Assembly: GCA_018985225.1 (NCBI GenBank)
Contig: JADGIF010000193.1
Location: 1-15,388 of the forward strand
Direction: 5' to 3'
From: Amoeboradix gromovi X-113
Lineage: Eukaryota; Fungi; Sanchytriomycota
DNA: 15,388 nt
The position numbers and the translations under genes were made by a program. A model generated the notes under the pieces. That model saw only the letters and a program-made list of their open reading frames with translations, searched no databases and was not told the origin of the DNA. This document shows positions 1-8,837 of the stretch, piece by piece; positions within the stretch are counted from its first letter, which is position 1; every line of letters starts with the position of its first letter.

Positions 1-170
1 AGAGAATAGCTGTACAGAATATTTATTTTTGAAATTTCGATACAAAAAGTTATTTATAAAAGTTATTTATTCTCCTTCCATACTCGTCAACTCCGCAACT
101 AGCTGAATGTCCACTCGTCTCTTAAATCCATAAAGTAATAAAGCTGAAATAATTTTCCAAGTTGTTACAG

Positions 171-240
171 AAAGTTAGTCCAGTTTTTATATTTGATGTC
201 CCACATGTAAGTTTGGGTTAATCTCAATCTCATTCTGGGG
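171..240 (-). repeat. Degenerate inverted repeat, left copy (pairs with 1001-1059)
   Basis: Reverse complement (RC) of 205-223 (gattaacccaaacttacat) matches 1023-1041 (gactaacctaaatttacat) at 16/19. RC of 171-184 matches 1046-1059 at 11/14. RC of 224-240 shares cccc...tgagatt with 1001-1016. The blocks are collinear and all six mismatches in the two main blocks are transitions. Confidence 0.5.
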
Positions 241-265
241 GGGGGGCGTTGTGATTGGATTAATC
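216..265. other. Imperfect hairpin with a G10 run in the loop
   Basis: 216-232 pairs with 250-265: 14 Watson-Crick pairs, 1 G-T pair, 1 bulge, 1 mismatch. G10 at 237-246. Confidence 0.5.
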
Positions 266-760
266 TAATCTGAGTGGTATTAACCAAGAAAAACTAACTT
301 CAAGCTGCTTTCTGTAGTATTTAGGTGAATCAAAGGCGAAAACCTGTGCTTTCAAAATTGGTACTGTAGTGGATGGTGCAAATGTATTGTGGCACGATAA
401 AAATTGCTCAAAAAATGAAAAGCTAGCGGGACAAGAAGATTCGCTTGAATGATACGGCTCGATTTTTTTCTCGAATAAATCATTTATCGTGAATTTTTAT
501 GCATTTTTATATAATTTCATGACTTTTCCAGATTTTTCCAATAGCTTCCTTTTCACAAATGGTAAATGTAATTAATGGATGTAATCCCAAATATGTCAAA
601 TTTAAATAAATAACAGGAACAGAATGCATTCATCAACACTGAGGAAGTGGTCCAAAACATGGAAGAATTAGATGTCTTTCAATGCCTAGAATGAGATGAA
701 CAATAAAAATAAACTAGTAAACTATTTATTTAATAATTAGTATGTCTCTGGTCTTACCGA

Positions 761-961
761 ATATGCGACAATAGAGATCATATGGAAGCAAGGAACATAT
801 ACATCAAGTATCTGCATCCTTGTTCAATCCCGCCTCAGGGTAGTGCAGGAGTGAGCAATCACTGTAACGGAGCATCTAGCATTGCTAGTTTCTCTGTGGA
901 AATTCTCGATTTCTCGGAAATCTGGACTTTTAACGAAGAGAGGAAACTAAGTTCAGTTTAA
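761..961 (+). pseudogene. Relic copy 1 of an unidentified multicopy coding sequence (includes a 59-aa ORF at 782-961)
   Basis: 887-940 matches 10058-10111 at 48/55 aligned columns. The in-frame translation SIPPQGSAGVSNHCNGASSIASFSVEILDF aligns without gaps to SAPPHSHGIVSSQCYRVINLSSFSVEDLDF in copy 2. Confidence 0.55.
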
Positions 962-1000
962 ATAAATCCGTTTATAAAAGGTCGTGCTTGAGTCAAATTG

Positions 1001-1059
1001 CCCCGGTAGTGAGATTAATCTGGACTAACCTAAATTTACATCTTTACTGGATTGATTTT
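1001..1059 (+). repeat. Degenerate inverted repeat, right copy (pairs with 171-240)
   Basis: Same blocks as the left copy. In addition, ctggactaac at 1020-1029 is the exact reverse complement of 174-183. Confidence 0.5.
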
Positions 1060-1436
1060 GCTTAGAGTTCAACACCTGGCGTACGTTGGCTGGGATTTTT
1101 TCGACAATAATTCACTTTTAGACCGGTCTGTATGTTCCGAATATAGAATATTGAGTCCTGCGTCACTTTTTGATGACTTCAGATTGGCATAGTCTTGCTG
1201 CCGCGGTTTTGAGACGTTTGTCATAGATGAAAAGAAAAAATCGAGTTTTCATACAATTATAATACTCTAGAAAAGAGGGCTAGTCAAACTATGAAGACTG
1301 AGCTATTGCAATTGACGGTTTATAGAATTCGAATCACTACTCTGTACTATGCTAAATAGTAACTTAAGTAAATTTTACCCATGCCAGTTGCAAGGGTTTA
1401 AGTTTAGAGCATAAATATTTTATTAATTAACTAATA

Positions 1437-1887
1437 CTAGCTAACGAACAAAGCACGAATATCTGCATCATCGACCACATCAACAGCCAAAAACCCTGTA
1501 TTAAAAAAAAGTACCTTTTGCGTTTTTTATAGATGGGTCAGCTCCAGCAGAAAGAAGCCTCTGAATTAGTTCATTGATACCCAAAAGTGCAGCTAAATGT
1601 AATGCAGTATTGCCCTGTCCAAAACACACGTTCAGATGTTCTGGGAAGCTAGATTCAATGATTTCGGCTGCTATAGAATCGTGGTGAAGAAGCATAGCAA
1701 GATGGAGAGGAGTGATGGATCCGATGAAAGCTCCCAAAAACTTGTACCCGTCATTGGCTACCTCGGACGGATAAGATATGTCACTGAATTTTGACTTTAT
1801 AGAAAGCAGTGACTTGTTTTGAATATGAGTTCTTACAGCATCTTTATCATTATTTTTTACTGCTAGGAAAAGATCTTGGCTACTCAT
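1437..1887 (-). CDS. Small ankyrin-repeat protein, 143 aa, two exons: complement(join(1437..1495,1515..1887))
   Basis: Ankyrin motifs TPLHLA and GNTALHLAALLG...LLSAGADPSIKNAKG. Removing a 19-nt GT-AG intron extends the truncated ORF into a typical ankyrin cap, KNAKGFLAVDVVDDADIRALFVS*. AATAAA follows 12 nt after the stop. Confidence 0.88.
1496..1514 (-). other. 19-nt spliceosomal intron (GTACTTTTTTTTAATACAG)
   Basis: GT..AG ends. Contains the in-frame TAA that truncates the ORF, and removal restores the ankyrin consensus. Confidence 0.85.
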
Positions 1888-2038
1888 GGAAACAAAGTTT
1901 TAACTACGACGTTGGGTAAATAAAAATTTGTCTTGTTTCTGCGGCTATTTATTTGTCAATCAATATGGCATACACTATGATACTCTTTAGTTATAATTAA
2001 ACTAATAACGCTCTTCAATGTAACATATATTCATTTAT

Positions 2039-5000
2039 TCATTTAAAATCCTCAATCATAGTCATTATCATGTTTATCATCATGTCCACTGTCATTTTCT
2101 CGTTCCAGCACTTCTTTATCCTGTCACCCAGCTTTAAGCAATTACCCGCATTCTTTCCGATGCTCCATGTCAGGCATTTTGCCATAATCAGCAAAATTCT
2201 CTTTTTTTGGCTGCTTTTTAATGAGGCTTCTGATAGATTTATCGAAGGCTTGGGAGCCACATCTGACTTCTCACTGGTTTTTTCACAAACAGGGTCGGTT
2301 TCAGGCACCTGTTCAACATCATCTAATTCACGTAACTTATCCATGCTTTCATATACATCTTGAACAAAATTGCCATTAGCAAAGTTCTCATGCAGGTCTG
2401 TATTTTGCTCCACCTCTTGATCCGTGTCCTGATTTGCATCCCGCGGTATATCCTGATCCATAACATGTTCATCTAAATGGCCTTCCTCTGGGTCTACTCC
2501 TTCCTCTGCATCTAGTACTTCTATCGCGTTATCCACTAATTGATCTGATGCTTGACTGTTTGCATCTTCCACCATTCTTTTTAGGTTCAATCCCCTGCAT
2601 TCTTCTACGGTCTTGTTAAGTTTTCTACTTATGCTAGTTAAGGCTCTATACCCTGCCTTTTCACATTCCACTAACAGGTCTTTGTTTATTCTACTTATCA
2701 TGCTAACCACAACTTCCATCATCAAGTTAGCTTTCAGTCTATAGCCTACATCCAATCTATTGTATTTGATGCAGTTCAACCGAATCAAATCTAGATCATC
2801 CAAATACTCTCCAATGGTAAGGTACCCGCCCTGATCAATTTTATCAACAACATCTGTTAGACAAATTGGTTTCTTTATGAGAGAGTAATAGTCTTCATGC
2901 ACATGCGGATCTATAGGTTTTATAAACATCTTGTACTGTTTGTCTTTAATTATTTCTAATGTTATACTTCGTAATGCTATACGAAGCTCCCGAAGCACAA
3001 ACTCATCGTTTAAGAGACAAGCATCTATCTGGGCATCGGTAATTGTTGTGGCAACCACAGCGGGGATGGCAACTGGTGTGTGATCAGTAATTAATCGATC
3101 CACACAATTGCTAAGTAGCCTACCATAATATCTAATCAGGGCATCTTTTGAGGGTGTATCTACACGCATCAGCTTGCTGTTCTTCAGATTAAACAGATCG
3201 CTAGTTGACTTGGCATAATCAACGCAAGTAGCGACTACCAAAACATTTGAATTTAGCAGATATTCTAATAGGGAATATTCATGCTCACCAAGCATAGCAA
3301 GCCATTCATCAACACGTGGCATATATATTATAGATTCAGCACTCATAGCGTTCTTGAATAAATCATTTATGGCAGTGTTAGAGGTTAAAATGGTTTTGAA
3401 ATCGAGTATAGAGCAAGTGTGATTTAGAGCACCTCTGCATACATAATCGGCATCTTCACCGATTAGTAGTATACGTTGCCCATTAGTCAGAGTGTGTTGA
3501 ATGTGGTTAATAGCATTAACAAGGAGGGAGATGTTATGCTGAACTAATAGAGCGTCACTTGGCAGCAGAGGACGTAGGCTACTAACATTGATGTTTCTAA
3601 GGGAACTTGGGATGGTAGAAGCAACCGCTTGAATAAAATCATGCCTAGTAACAGAGAGGGAACTAAAGTCCCAACTTGTATTACTGTCAGTGTTGTTATA
3701 GATAAAGGGACAATTCCTACGAATAGCAATCATTGCAGCCTCCGTACACATATACTTCATATCAGCACCACAATACGATTCACACTGCTTCGCGATTTCA
3801 ACAAACAATGCTTGCTTGTTGGGTATTTGCATCAGCTTACAGTTGACATTCATCATTTTTATTCTAGCTTCTAGATTAGGAAGTGAGAATGCCAGTTCCT
3901 TGTCAAACCTGCCAGGTCGACGTAGAGCAGAGTCGATGTTGTCAACTCTGTTAGTCGCTCCAATAACAATGACATTACCTCGGTTGGTGCAGCCATCCAT
4001 AAGCGCGAGCAGTGTAGCAACTATAGAAGCATGAATCTGATCTTGTTTACCCGTTCTAGTGGGAGCCAAACCATCTATTTCATCAAAAAATATTATCGAG
4101 GGTTGCTGCTGCATAGCTTGATCGAATAATGTTTTAAGTTGTTTCTCAGCCTCTCCCACCCATTTGCTTAGTATATCAGCGCCCTTGCGCACAAAAAATG
4201 TGATGTTACTGTACTGACTAGCCAATGTTTTCGCTAGTAGCGTTTTACCAGTGCCTGGTAAGCCAGTAAATAGCACACCCTTTGGGGGAGTTATTCCCAT
4301 TGTAGTATACAGTTGAGGGTATAATAATGGTAGGATTACCATTTCCTTCATCTGATTAATTTGATCATCAAGTCCAGCCAAATCGCTAAAAGGTATTTTG
4401 TCATTGATCACTGTAGATAATTGAACAGGCTGCTTGTCTTTTAAAGCATTAGAACCACGAGCTAAATAGTCGTACCAAGTCAAATATCGTGAATCACCGG
4501 GAATGCTGTTGTAACCCGTTTTAGGGGTTATGTCAGTATTTGGTGGACAGAGATAATTGTAAAACCATAAAGACCATGAAACGGGTTCCTCTTGGTCAGA
4601 AACACCGGTAGACTTACTAATTCTTTCTTTTACTTGGCTTTGTATCATATCTCTGAGCGTGTTCTGCTTTGCGTCGTATTCCTTAATCTCGTTATTAATT
4701 CTAAGTTCGTCGTCGCTATCGTTACTATCATTTGCATCTTTGGTATAATTGATTATACGTTTTTTTTTGTTTTTCTTCGATTCTTGCTCAATAAGGTTTA
4801 TTACATGCTGCGTGGACTGGTAATCTGTGAAAGGTCTAAAATCCTTCTTTTTACGAAGAGTCCTTTTGGTACTTACTGTGTTCGCATTTGCATTTCTATT
4901 TGTTGTCCGGCGACGAAAGGAGTAATAAGTGTTGTCAGGTTCAATCGAGTGTTGAGACTCGTAGTCATCACTTGAGGATTCATGGACCGATTTGTAATCA

Positions 5001-5614
5001 GATTCATTATCATCTGAATCATATGCTTCTTCCTCTTGATCTTCACCCCCAAAATAATCATTTTGCTCCATTTTGTTCAGTTCATTAAGTGGTTCAACAT
5101 CTACAGGTTCATCGTTAAGACCCGCAAGTACTGATTCTTTATCTTCCTGCTGAGGTAGATCGTCTTGTGGTTCCTCTACTTGTAAAGATTCATTTAACTC
5201 ATTTTCATCCAAGTTCAAAGAGTCCTTATGTTCTATCACAGCATGCGCTTTACCGCTATTGGGACTAGAGTTCCTGTCTCCAGCGCTATGATCCTCATGA
5301 TCCTCATGGTCCTCATCCTCCACAATTATGTTTTCTTTATCTCTTTGAATACGATTATTCACAAAATGCTCATCATCATCAAAATCGTCCTCCAAAGAAT
5401 ACCTGCGGATTGCAGTTTTGCGAATATTGTATGCTAACTTGCGTCTTTTGCGCGGAGGATTATTCTCTGGATGTCGATGATAAAAATGATCATAATCATC
5501 AACAACTATTCTTCGAGATTTGCTCAAACGAGTTGATCTGCGAGTAGGACGTTCGTTGTCACTATTGCTGGAGTCGGAGCCTTCGTAATAATTTGTGCGA
5601 GAGGAATGCCTCAT
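2039..5614 (-). CDS. YTA7: Yta7/ATAD2-family AAA+ ATPase with bromodomain (histone chaperone), 1191 aa
   Basis: Acidic, disordered N-terminus. Walker A GLPGTGKT, family signature FFVRKGADILSKWVGEAEKQL, Walker B IIFFDEIDGLAP, SRH ALRRPGRFD, degenerate second AAA domain, bromodomain FIKPID...DYYSLIKKPI...NCIKYN. Confidence 0.95.
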   Translation of the reverse strand: MRHSSRTNYYEGSDSSNSDNERPTRRSTRLSKSRRIVVDDYDHFYHRHPENNPPRKRRKLAYNIRKTAIRRYSLEDDFDDDEHFVNNRIQRDKENIIVEDEDHEDHEDHSAGDRNSSPNSGKAHAVIEHKDSLNLDENELNESLQVEEPQDDLPQQEDKESVLAGLNDEPVDVEPLNELNKMEQNDYFGGEDQEEEAYDSDDNESDYKSVHESSSDDYESQHSIEPDNTYYSFRRRTTNRNANANTVSTKRTLRKKKDFRPFTDYQSTQHVINLIEQESKKNKKKRIINYTKDANDSNDSDDELRINNEIKEYDAKQNTLRDMIQSQVKERISKSTGVSDQEEPVSWSLWFYNYLCPPNTDITPKTGYNSIPGDSRYLTWYDYLARGSNALKDKQPVQLSTVINDKIPFSDLAGLDDQINQMKEMVILPLLYPQLYTTMGITPPKGVLFTGLPGTGKTLLAKTLASQYSNITFFVRKGADILSKWVGEAEKQLKTLFDQAMQQQPSIIFFDEIDGLAPTRTGKQDQIHASIVATLLALMDGCTNRGNVIVIGATNRVDNIDSALRRPGRFDKELAFSLPNLEARIKMMNVNCKLMQIPNKQALFVEIAKQCESYCGADMKYMCTEAAMIAIRRNCPFIYNNTDSNTSWDFSSLSVTRHDFIQAVASTIPSSLRNINVSSLRPLLPSDALLVQHNISLLVNAINHIQHTLTNGQRILLIGEDADYVCRGALNHTCSILDFKTILTSNTAINDLFKNAMSAESIIYMPRVDEWLAMLGEHEYSLLEYLLNSNVLVVATCVDYAKSTSDLFNLKNSKLMRVDTPSKDALIRYYGRLLSNCVDRLITDHTPVAIPAVVATTITDAQIDACLLNDEFVLRELRIALRSITLEIIKDKQYKMFIKPIDPHVHEDYYSLIKKPICLTDVVDKIDQGGYLTIGEYLDDLDLIRLNCIKYNRLDVGYRLKANLMMEVVVSMISRINKDLLVECEKAGYRALTSISRKLNKTVEECRGLNLKRMVEDANSQASDQLVDNAIEVLDAEEGVDPEEGHLDEHVMDQDIPRDANQDTDQEVEQNTDLHENFANGNFVQDVYESMDKLRELDDVEQVPETDPVCEKTSEKSDVAPKPSINLSEASLKSSQKKRILLIMAKCLTWSIGKNAGNCLKLGDRIKKCWNEKMTVDMMINMIMTMIEDFK

Positions 5615-5751
5615 ACTCCTTTGTAAAGAAAAATTAAATACGACGACACCAACAACACAGAAGAAAGTGTAGTGTACATTTTACAAGCATTCGCAGAATT
5701 CTAAATTCAAATTAATCCAGCAACCCGGGTTAGAGGAGGAAACTTTTCAAA
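5615..5751. promoter_or_regulatory. 137-bp divergent (bidirectional) promoter region between YTA7 and MTR4
   Basis: Head-to-head ATGs at 5614 (-) and 5752 (+). Perfect 10-bp palindrome AACCCGGGTT at 5722-5731. Confidence 0.65.
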
Positions 5752-8700
5752 ATGTTTGATGTTTTTGACCAACAACTAGATTTAAAGGCAATGGAAAACG
5801 CTGTCAAAAGGACTGCGGAACAACCCCAAGCTGAAAAAAAGCAAAAGCAATCATCAATCAGAATACAAGAAGACCATTTTGAACATAATTCTAAACATTC
5901 TGTGCGGCATGTAGCTTGTGTTCCTAATGAATTACCATATAAAAGTATTTCTGATTACGCCATTAAAGAGAGATGCAGAACTTGGGAATTTGAGCTAGAT
6001 CCTTTTCAAGAAATTGCAATTCGTGCAATTGATAGAGAGGAGAGTGTTTTAGTTGCTGCCCATACTTCAGCTGGTAAAACTGTGACTGCGGAATATGCCA
6101 TTGCTAAAGCTCTGAGAGATAACCAGCGAGTCGTTTATACTTCCCCAATTAAAGCTCTATCTAACCAAAAATATCGTGATTTTAAGAAGATATTTAATGA
6201 TGTTGGTTTAATGACAGGTGATAATCTGATTGACCCTAGTGCTTCCTGTCTTGTTATGACTACTGAAATTCTTAGATCTATGTTTTATTTAGGAAGCGAA
6301 GTGTTTCGCGAAGTAAGTGTTATCATATTTGATGAAGTTCACTACTTGAGAGATAAGGAGCGCGGTGTTGTATGGGAGGAATCCATTTTACTGGCTCCTA
6401 AATCTGCTCGTTTTGTTTTTCTTTCTGCTACTATTCCGAATGCTGCTCAATTTGCTTCTTGGATCGCAAACACACATGACCACATATGCCACGTCGTTTA
6501 TACTGATTTTAGACCTGTACCTCTGACTCACTACATTTACCCTCTAGGAGGCTCTGCTATTTACAATGTTTACAATGGAGTTGATTTCAATAATGACTCT
6601 TTCCAAAAAGCAATGAAAGAAATTGAAAACAGTTCATTTAACCGTAAAAAAATGGGCACACAACGATCTCTAAGCAAATTAAACCAAATGGACGAGAATC
6701 CAGTGGAAAAGATTGTTAAACTGCTGACAAAAAAGGGAATGGATCCCATAATTATGTTTTGTTTTTCTAAACGCGATTGTGAGAGTTATGCAGTTAAAAT
6801 CAATTTGGATTTTAATGTAGAAGAGGAAAAAGACGCTATTGATATAATTTATAGCAAGGCTATGATGAAGTTAGAAGAGCAAGATAGATTGCTGCCTCAA
6901 GTTGAATCCTTGCTGCCAATATTGCAACGTGGTATTGGAATCCATCACAGCGGAATGCTACCTATACTGAAAGAGATTGTTGAGATACTGTTTGGAAAAG
7001 GATTGATTAAAGTACTGTTTGCCACAGAAACATTCTCCATTGGGCTGAACATGCCGGCTCGTACTTGTTGTTTTACAGGATTAAAGAAATTCGACGGTAA
7101 AGAAATGAGGTTGCTATCAAGCGGAGAATGGATTCAAATGAGTGGTAGAGCTGGGAGAAGAGGGCTAGATGACCAAGGTTTGTGTGTAATGATGATTGAT
7201 GAGCATGTCGAAAGCGATTCACTGCTTGGAATGATAACGGGTGAAGCTTTACCTTTAAATTCAGCGTTTAGGTTAACGTATCATATGCTGCTAAACCTAA
7301 GTAGAGTAGAAGGAATAGACTCCAAAGATTTATTAAAATCCTGTTTCATGCAGTATCAAAAGGTTGATGTGCTACCTCAATTGCAGCAGAAATTGAGTTC
7401 TCTTAACAGCCAGTATTTGAACACTGTTATAGAACAAGAAGATTTGATCAGAGATTACTGTACAAATTTGAACGAATTTAATCATTATAAACAGATTATT
7501 CATAGCCATATGAATATGCCCAACTATTGTACTCCATTCCTTACTACTGGCAGAGTAGCACATGTGGTGTATAAAGATAAAGATTTTGGCTGGGGAATTG
7601 TTTGTGGAATTAAAAGTAAAAAGAATAACAGCAAATCGCAAAGAAGTACTGTCAGGTATGAAGTAGATGTCGTACTAAGGGTACAGACACCTAAGAAGGT
7701 AATAGACGGTAGGTTTCATGGTAACATATCCCAAGTGCTACCAGCTCTATCGAAAGCAACTCAATTCGACAATTATTCCTTTGCGGCTTTAACCGACGGC
7801 GTAGAGGAAGACATGCCCGGTGTGATGGTTATCGTACCCTGCTACCTAGACACTATTCATGAAATGAGTACTTGCAGAGTGCAAATGCCTGAGTCTTTGA
7901 TAGGAGACAAAAATAGAAAAGTGATGCATCGTGCATTAACTATGATTCGTGAAAAATATGCAGTTCTACCTTTGTTGGATGTGGTTGATGATTTGAATAT
8001 TGTTGAAATAGAGTGTTTGGATGCCGTGAAGGCGTTTAACAAATGTAAAACGAATTTAGAAAGCAATGAGCTTCTGAATGACAAAACACTACTAAGGGAC
8101 TTGCACAAGCAATACACCACCAAGTCAGCTATGAAAGACGAGATCAATCAAATAGAATTAGAAATCACTGATGCTAATCAAGTCATTTCTCTAGTGGAAC
8201 ATGACGCTTATTTGAAGGTTTTAAAGCAGCTTAATTATGTAAGCAATAATATTATAGAAACCAAAGGTAGAGTAGCTTGCGAAATAAGTGCTGGTGATGC
8301 TGTTTTAATCACCGAATTGATATTTAATGGGTTTTTCAATCAGTTGTCACCTGAAGTGATTGTGGCCGTATTATCATGTGTGGTATTTGCTGAAAAGTAT
8401 GACGACAATGTGCCTTTACCCAAGGATGTTCAGGAACCATTAAAGCAATTCCAAGAGACTATAGAACAATTGACTAAGCATTCAATAAAATGTGGACTAA
8501 ATGTGGAATTAGAGTCTTGTTTGCTACAGTATCGGACCGAGTTAGTGCCTGTAGCCTATGCGTGGAGTAAGCAGGTGTCTTTTGTGGATATTTGTAAAAT
8601 GACAGATGTTTACGAAGGCAGTATCGTGCGAATGTTTAGAAGATTAGACGAACTGTTAAGACAAATGCATCAGGGATGTATGGTGGTAGGAAACACTACA

Positions 8701-8775
8701 TTAGCAGCAACATTTGATATATGCAGCACCAAGATAAGAAGGGGAATAGTTTTTACAGAAAGCTTGTACTTGTAG
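5752..8775 (+). CDS. MTR4: Mtr4/Dob1 Ski2-like DExH RNA helicase (nuclear exosome/TRAMP cofactor), 1007 aa
   Basis: ELDPFQ, AHTSAGKT, DEVH, SAT, FATETFSIGLNMPART, QMSGRAGRRGLD. Mtr4-type LNSAFRLTYHMLLNLSRVEG, arch/KOW GRVAHV...FGWGIV, and C-terminal SLYL. Confidence 0.96.
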   Translation: MFDVFDQQLDLKAMENAVKRTAEQPQAEKKQKQSSIRIQEDHFEHNSKHSVRHVACVPNELPYKSISDYAIKERCRTWEFELDPFQEIAIRAIDREESVLVAAHTSAGKTVTAEYAIAKALRDNQRVVYTSPIKALSNQKYRDFKKIFNDVGLMTGDNLIDPSASCLVMTTEILRSMFYLGSEVFREVSVIIFDEVHYLRDKERGVVWEESILLAPKSARFVFLSATIPNAAQFASWIANTHDHICHVVYTDFRPVPLTHYIYPLGGSAIYNVYNGVDFNNDSFQKAMKEIENSSFNRKKMGTQRSLSKLNQMDENPVEKIVKLLTKKGMDPIIMFCFSKRDCESYAVKINLDFNVEEEKDAIDIIYSKAMMKLEEQDRLLPQVESLLPILQRGIGIHHSGMLPILKEIVEILFGKGLIKVLFATETFSIGLNMPARTCCFTGLKKFDGKEMRLLSSGEWIQMSGRAGRRGLDDQGLCVMMIDEHVESDSLLGMITGEALPLNSAFRLTYHMLLNLSRVEGIDSKDLLKSCFMQYQKVDVLPQLQQKLSSLNSQYLNTVIEQEDLIRDYCTNLNEFNHYKQIIHSHMNMPNYCTPFLTTGRVAHVVYKDKDFGWGIVCGIKSKKNNSKSQRSTVRYEVDVVLRVQTPKKVIDGRFHGNISQVLPALSKATQFDNYSFAALTDGVEEDMPGVMVIVPCYLDTIHEMSTCRVQMPESLIGDKNRKVMHRALTMIREKYAVLPLLDVVDDLNIVEIECLDAVKAFNKCKTNLESNELLNDKTLLRDLHKQYTTKSAMKDEINQIELEITDANQVISLVEHDAYLKVLKQLNYVSNNIIETKGRVACEISAGDAVLITELIFNGFFNQLSPEVIVAVLSCVVFAEKYDDNVPLPKDVQEPLKQFQETIEQLTKHSIKCGLNVELESCLLQYRTELVPVAYAWSKQVSFVDICKMTDVYEGSIVRMFRRLDELLRQMHQGCMVVGNTTLAATFDICSTKIRRGIVFTESLYL

Positions 8776-8815
8776 TTCTTTAGTGGATCAGGATTATGCG
8801 ATTAATTAATTTAGC

Positions 8816-8829
8816 AATAAACATTTATT
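8816..8829. terminator. Back-to-back polyadenylation signals for two convergent genes (AATAAA-CA-TTTATT)
   Basis: AATAAA on + at 8816-8821 and on - at 8824-8829, inside a 62-bp spacer between two stop codons. Confidence 0.6.
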
Positions 8830-8837
8830 AATTGTAG

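Noticed and set aside
45-70. 13-nt tandem duplication aaaagttatttat x2
   Set aside because: Low-complexity slippage repeat. Two units only, not an array.
559-694. Possible small spliced ORF using a 22-nt GT-AG segment (595-616)
   Set aside because: The product is only about 40 aa with no recognisable similarity, and the splice signals do not match the GTA...TTAATRCAG pattern.
860-900. U6 snRNA-like ACAGAGAA...UAGC on the minus strand
   Set aside because: No U6 internal stem-loop, 5' hairpin or U-tail. The AGC is absent in the homologous copy, and divergence follows a plus-strand codon pattern.
1171-1301. C/D box snoRNA candidate (TGATGA ... CTGA)
   Set aside because: No terminal stem and no recognisable rRNA guide. 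These motifs are common by chance.
6793-6820. GT...TTAATGTAG (28 nt) inside MTR4
   Set aside because: It encodes the conserved LDFN segment of Mtr4, and removal would cause a frameshift.
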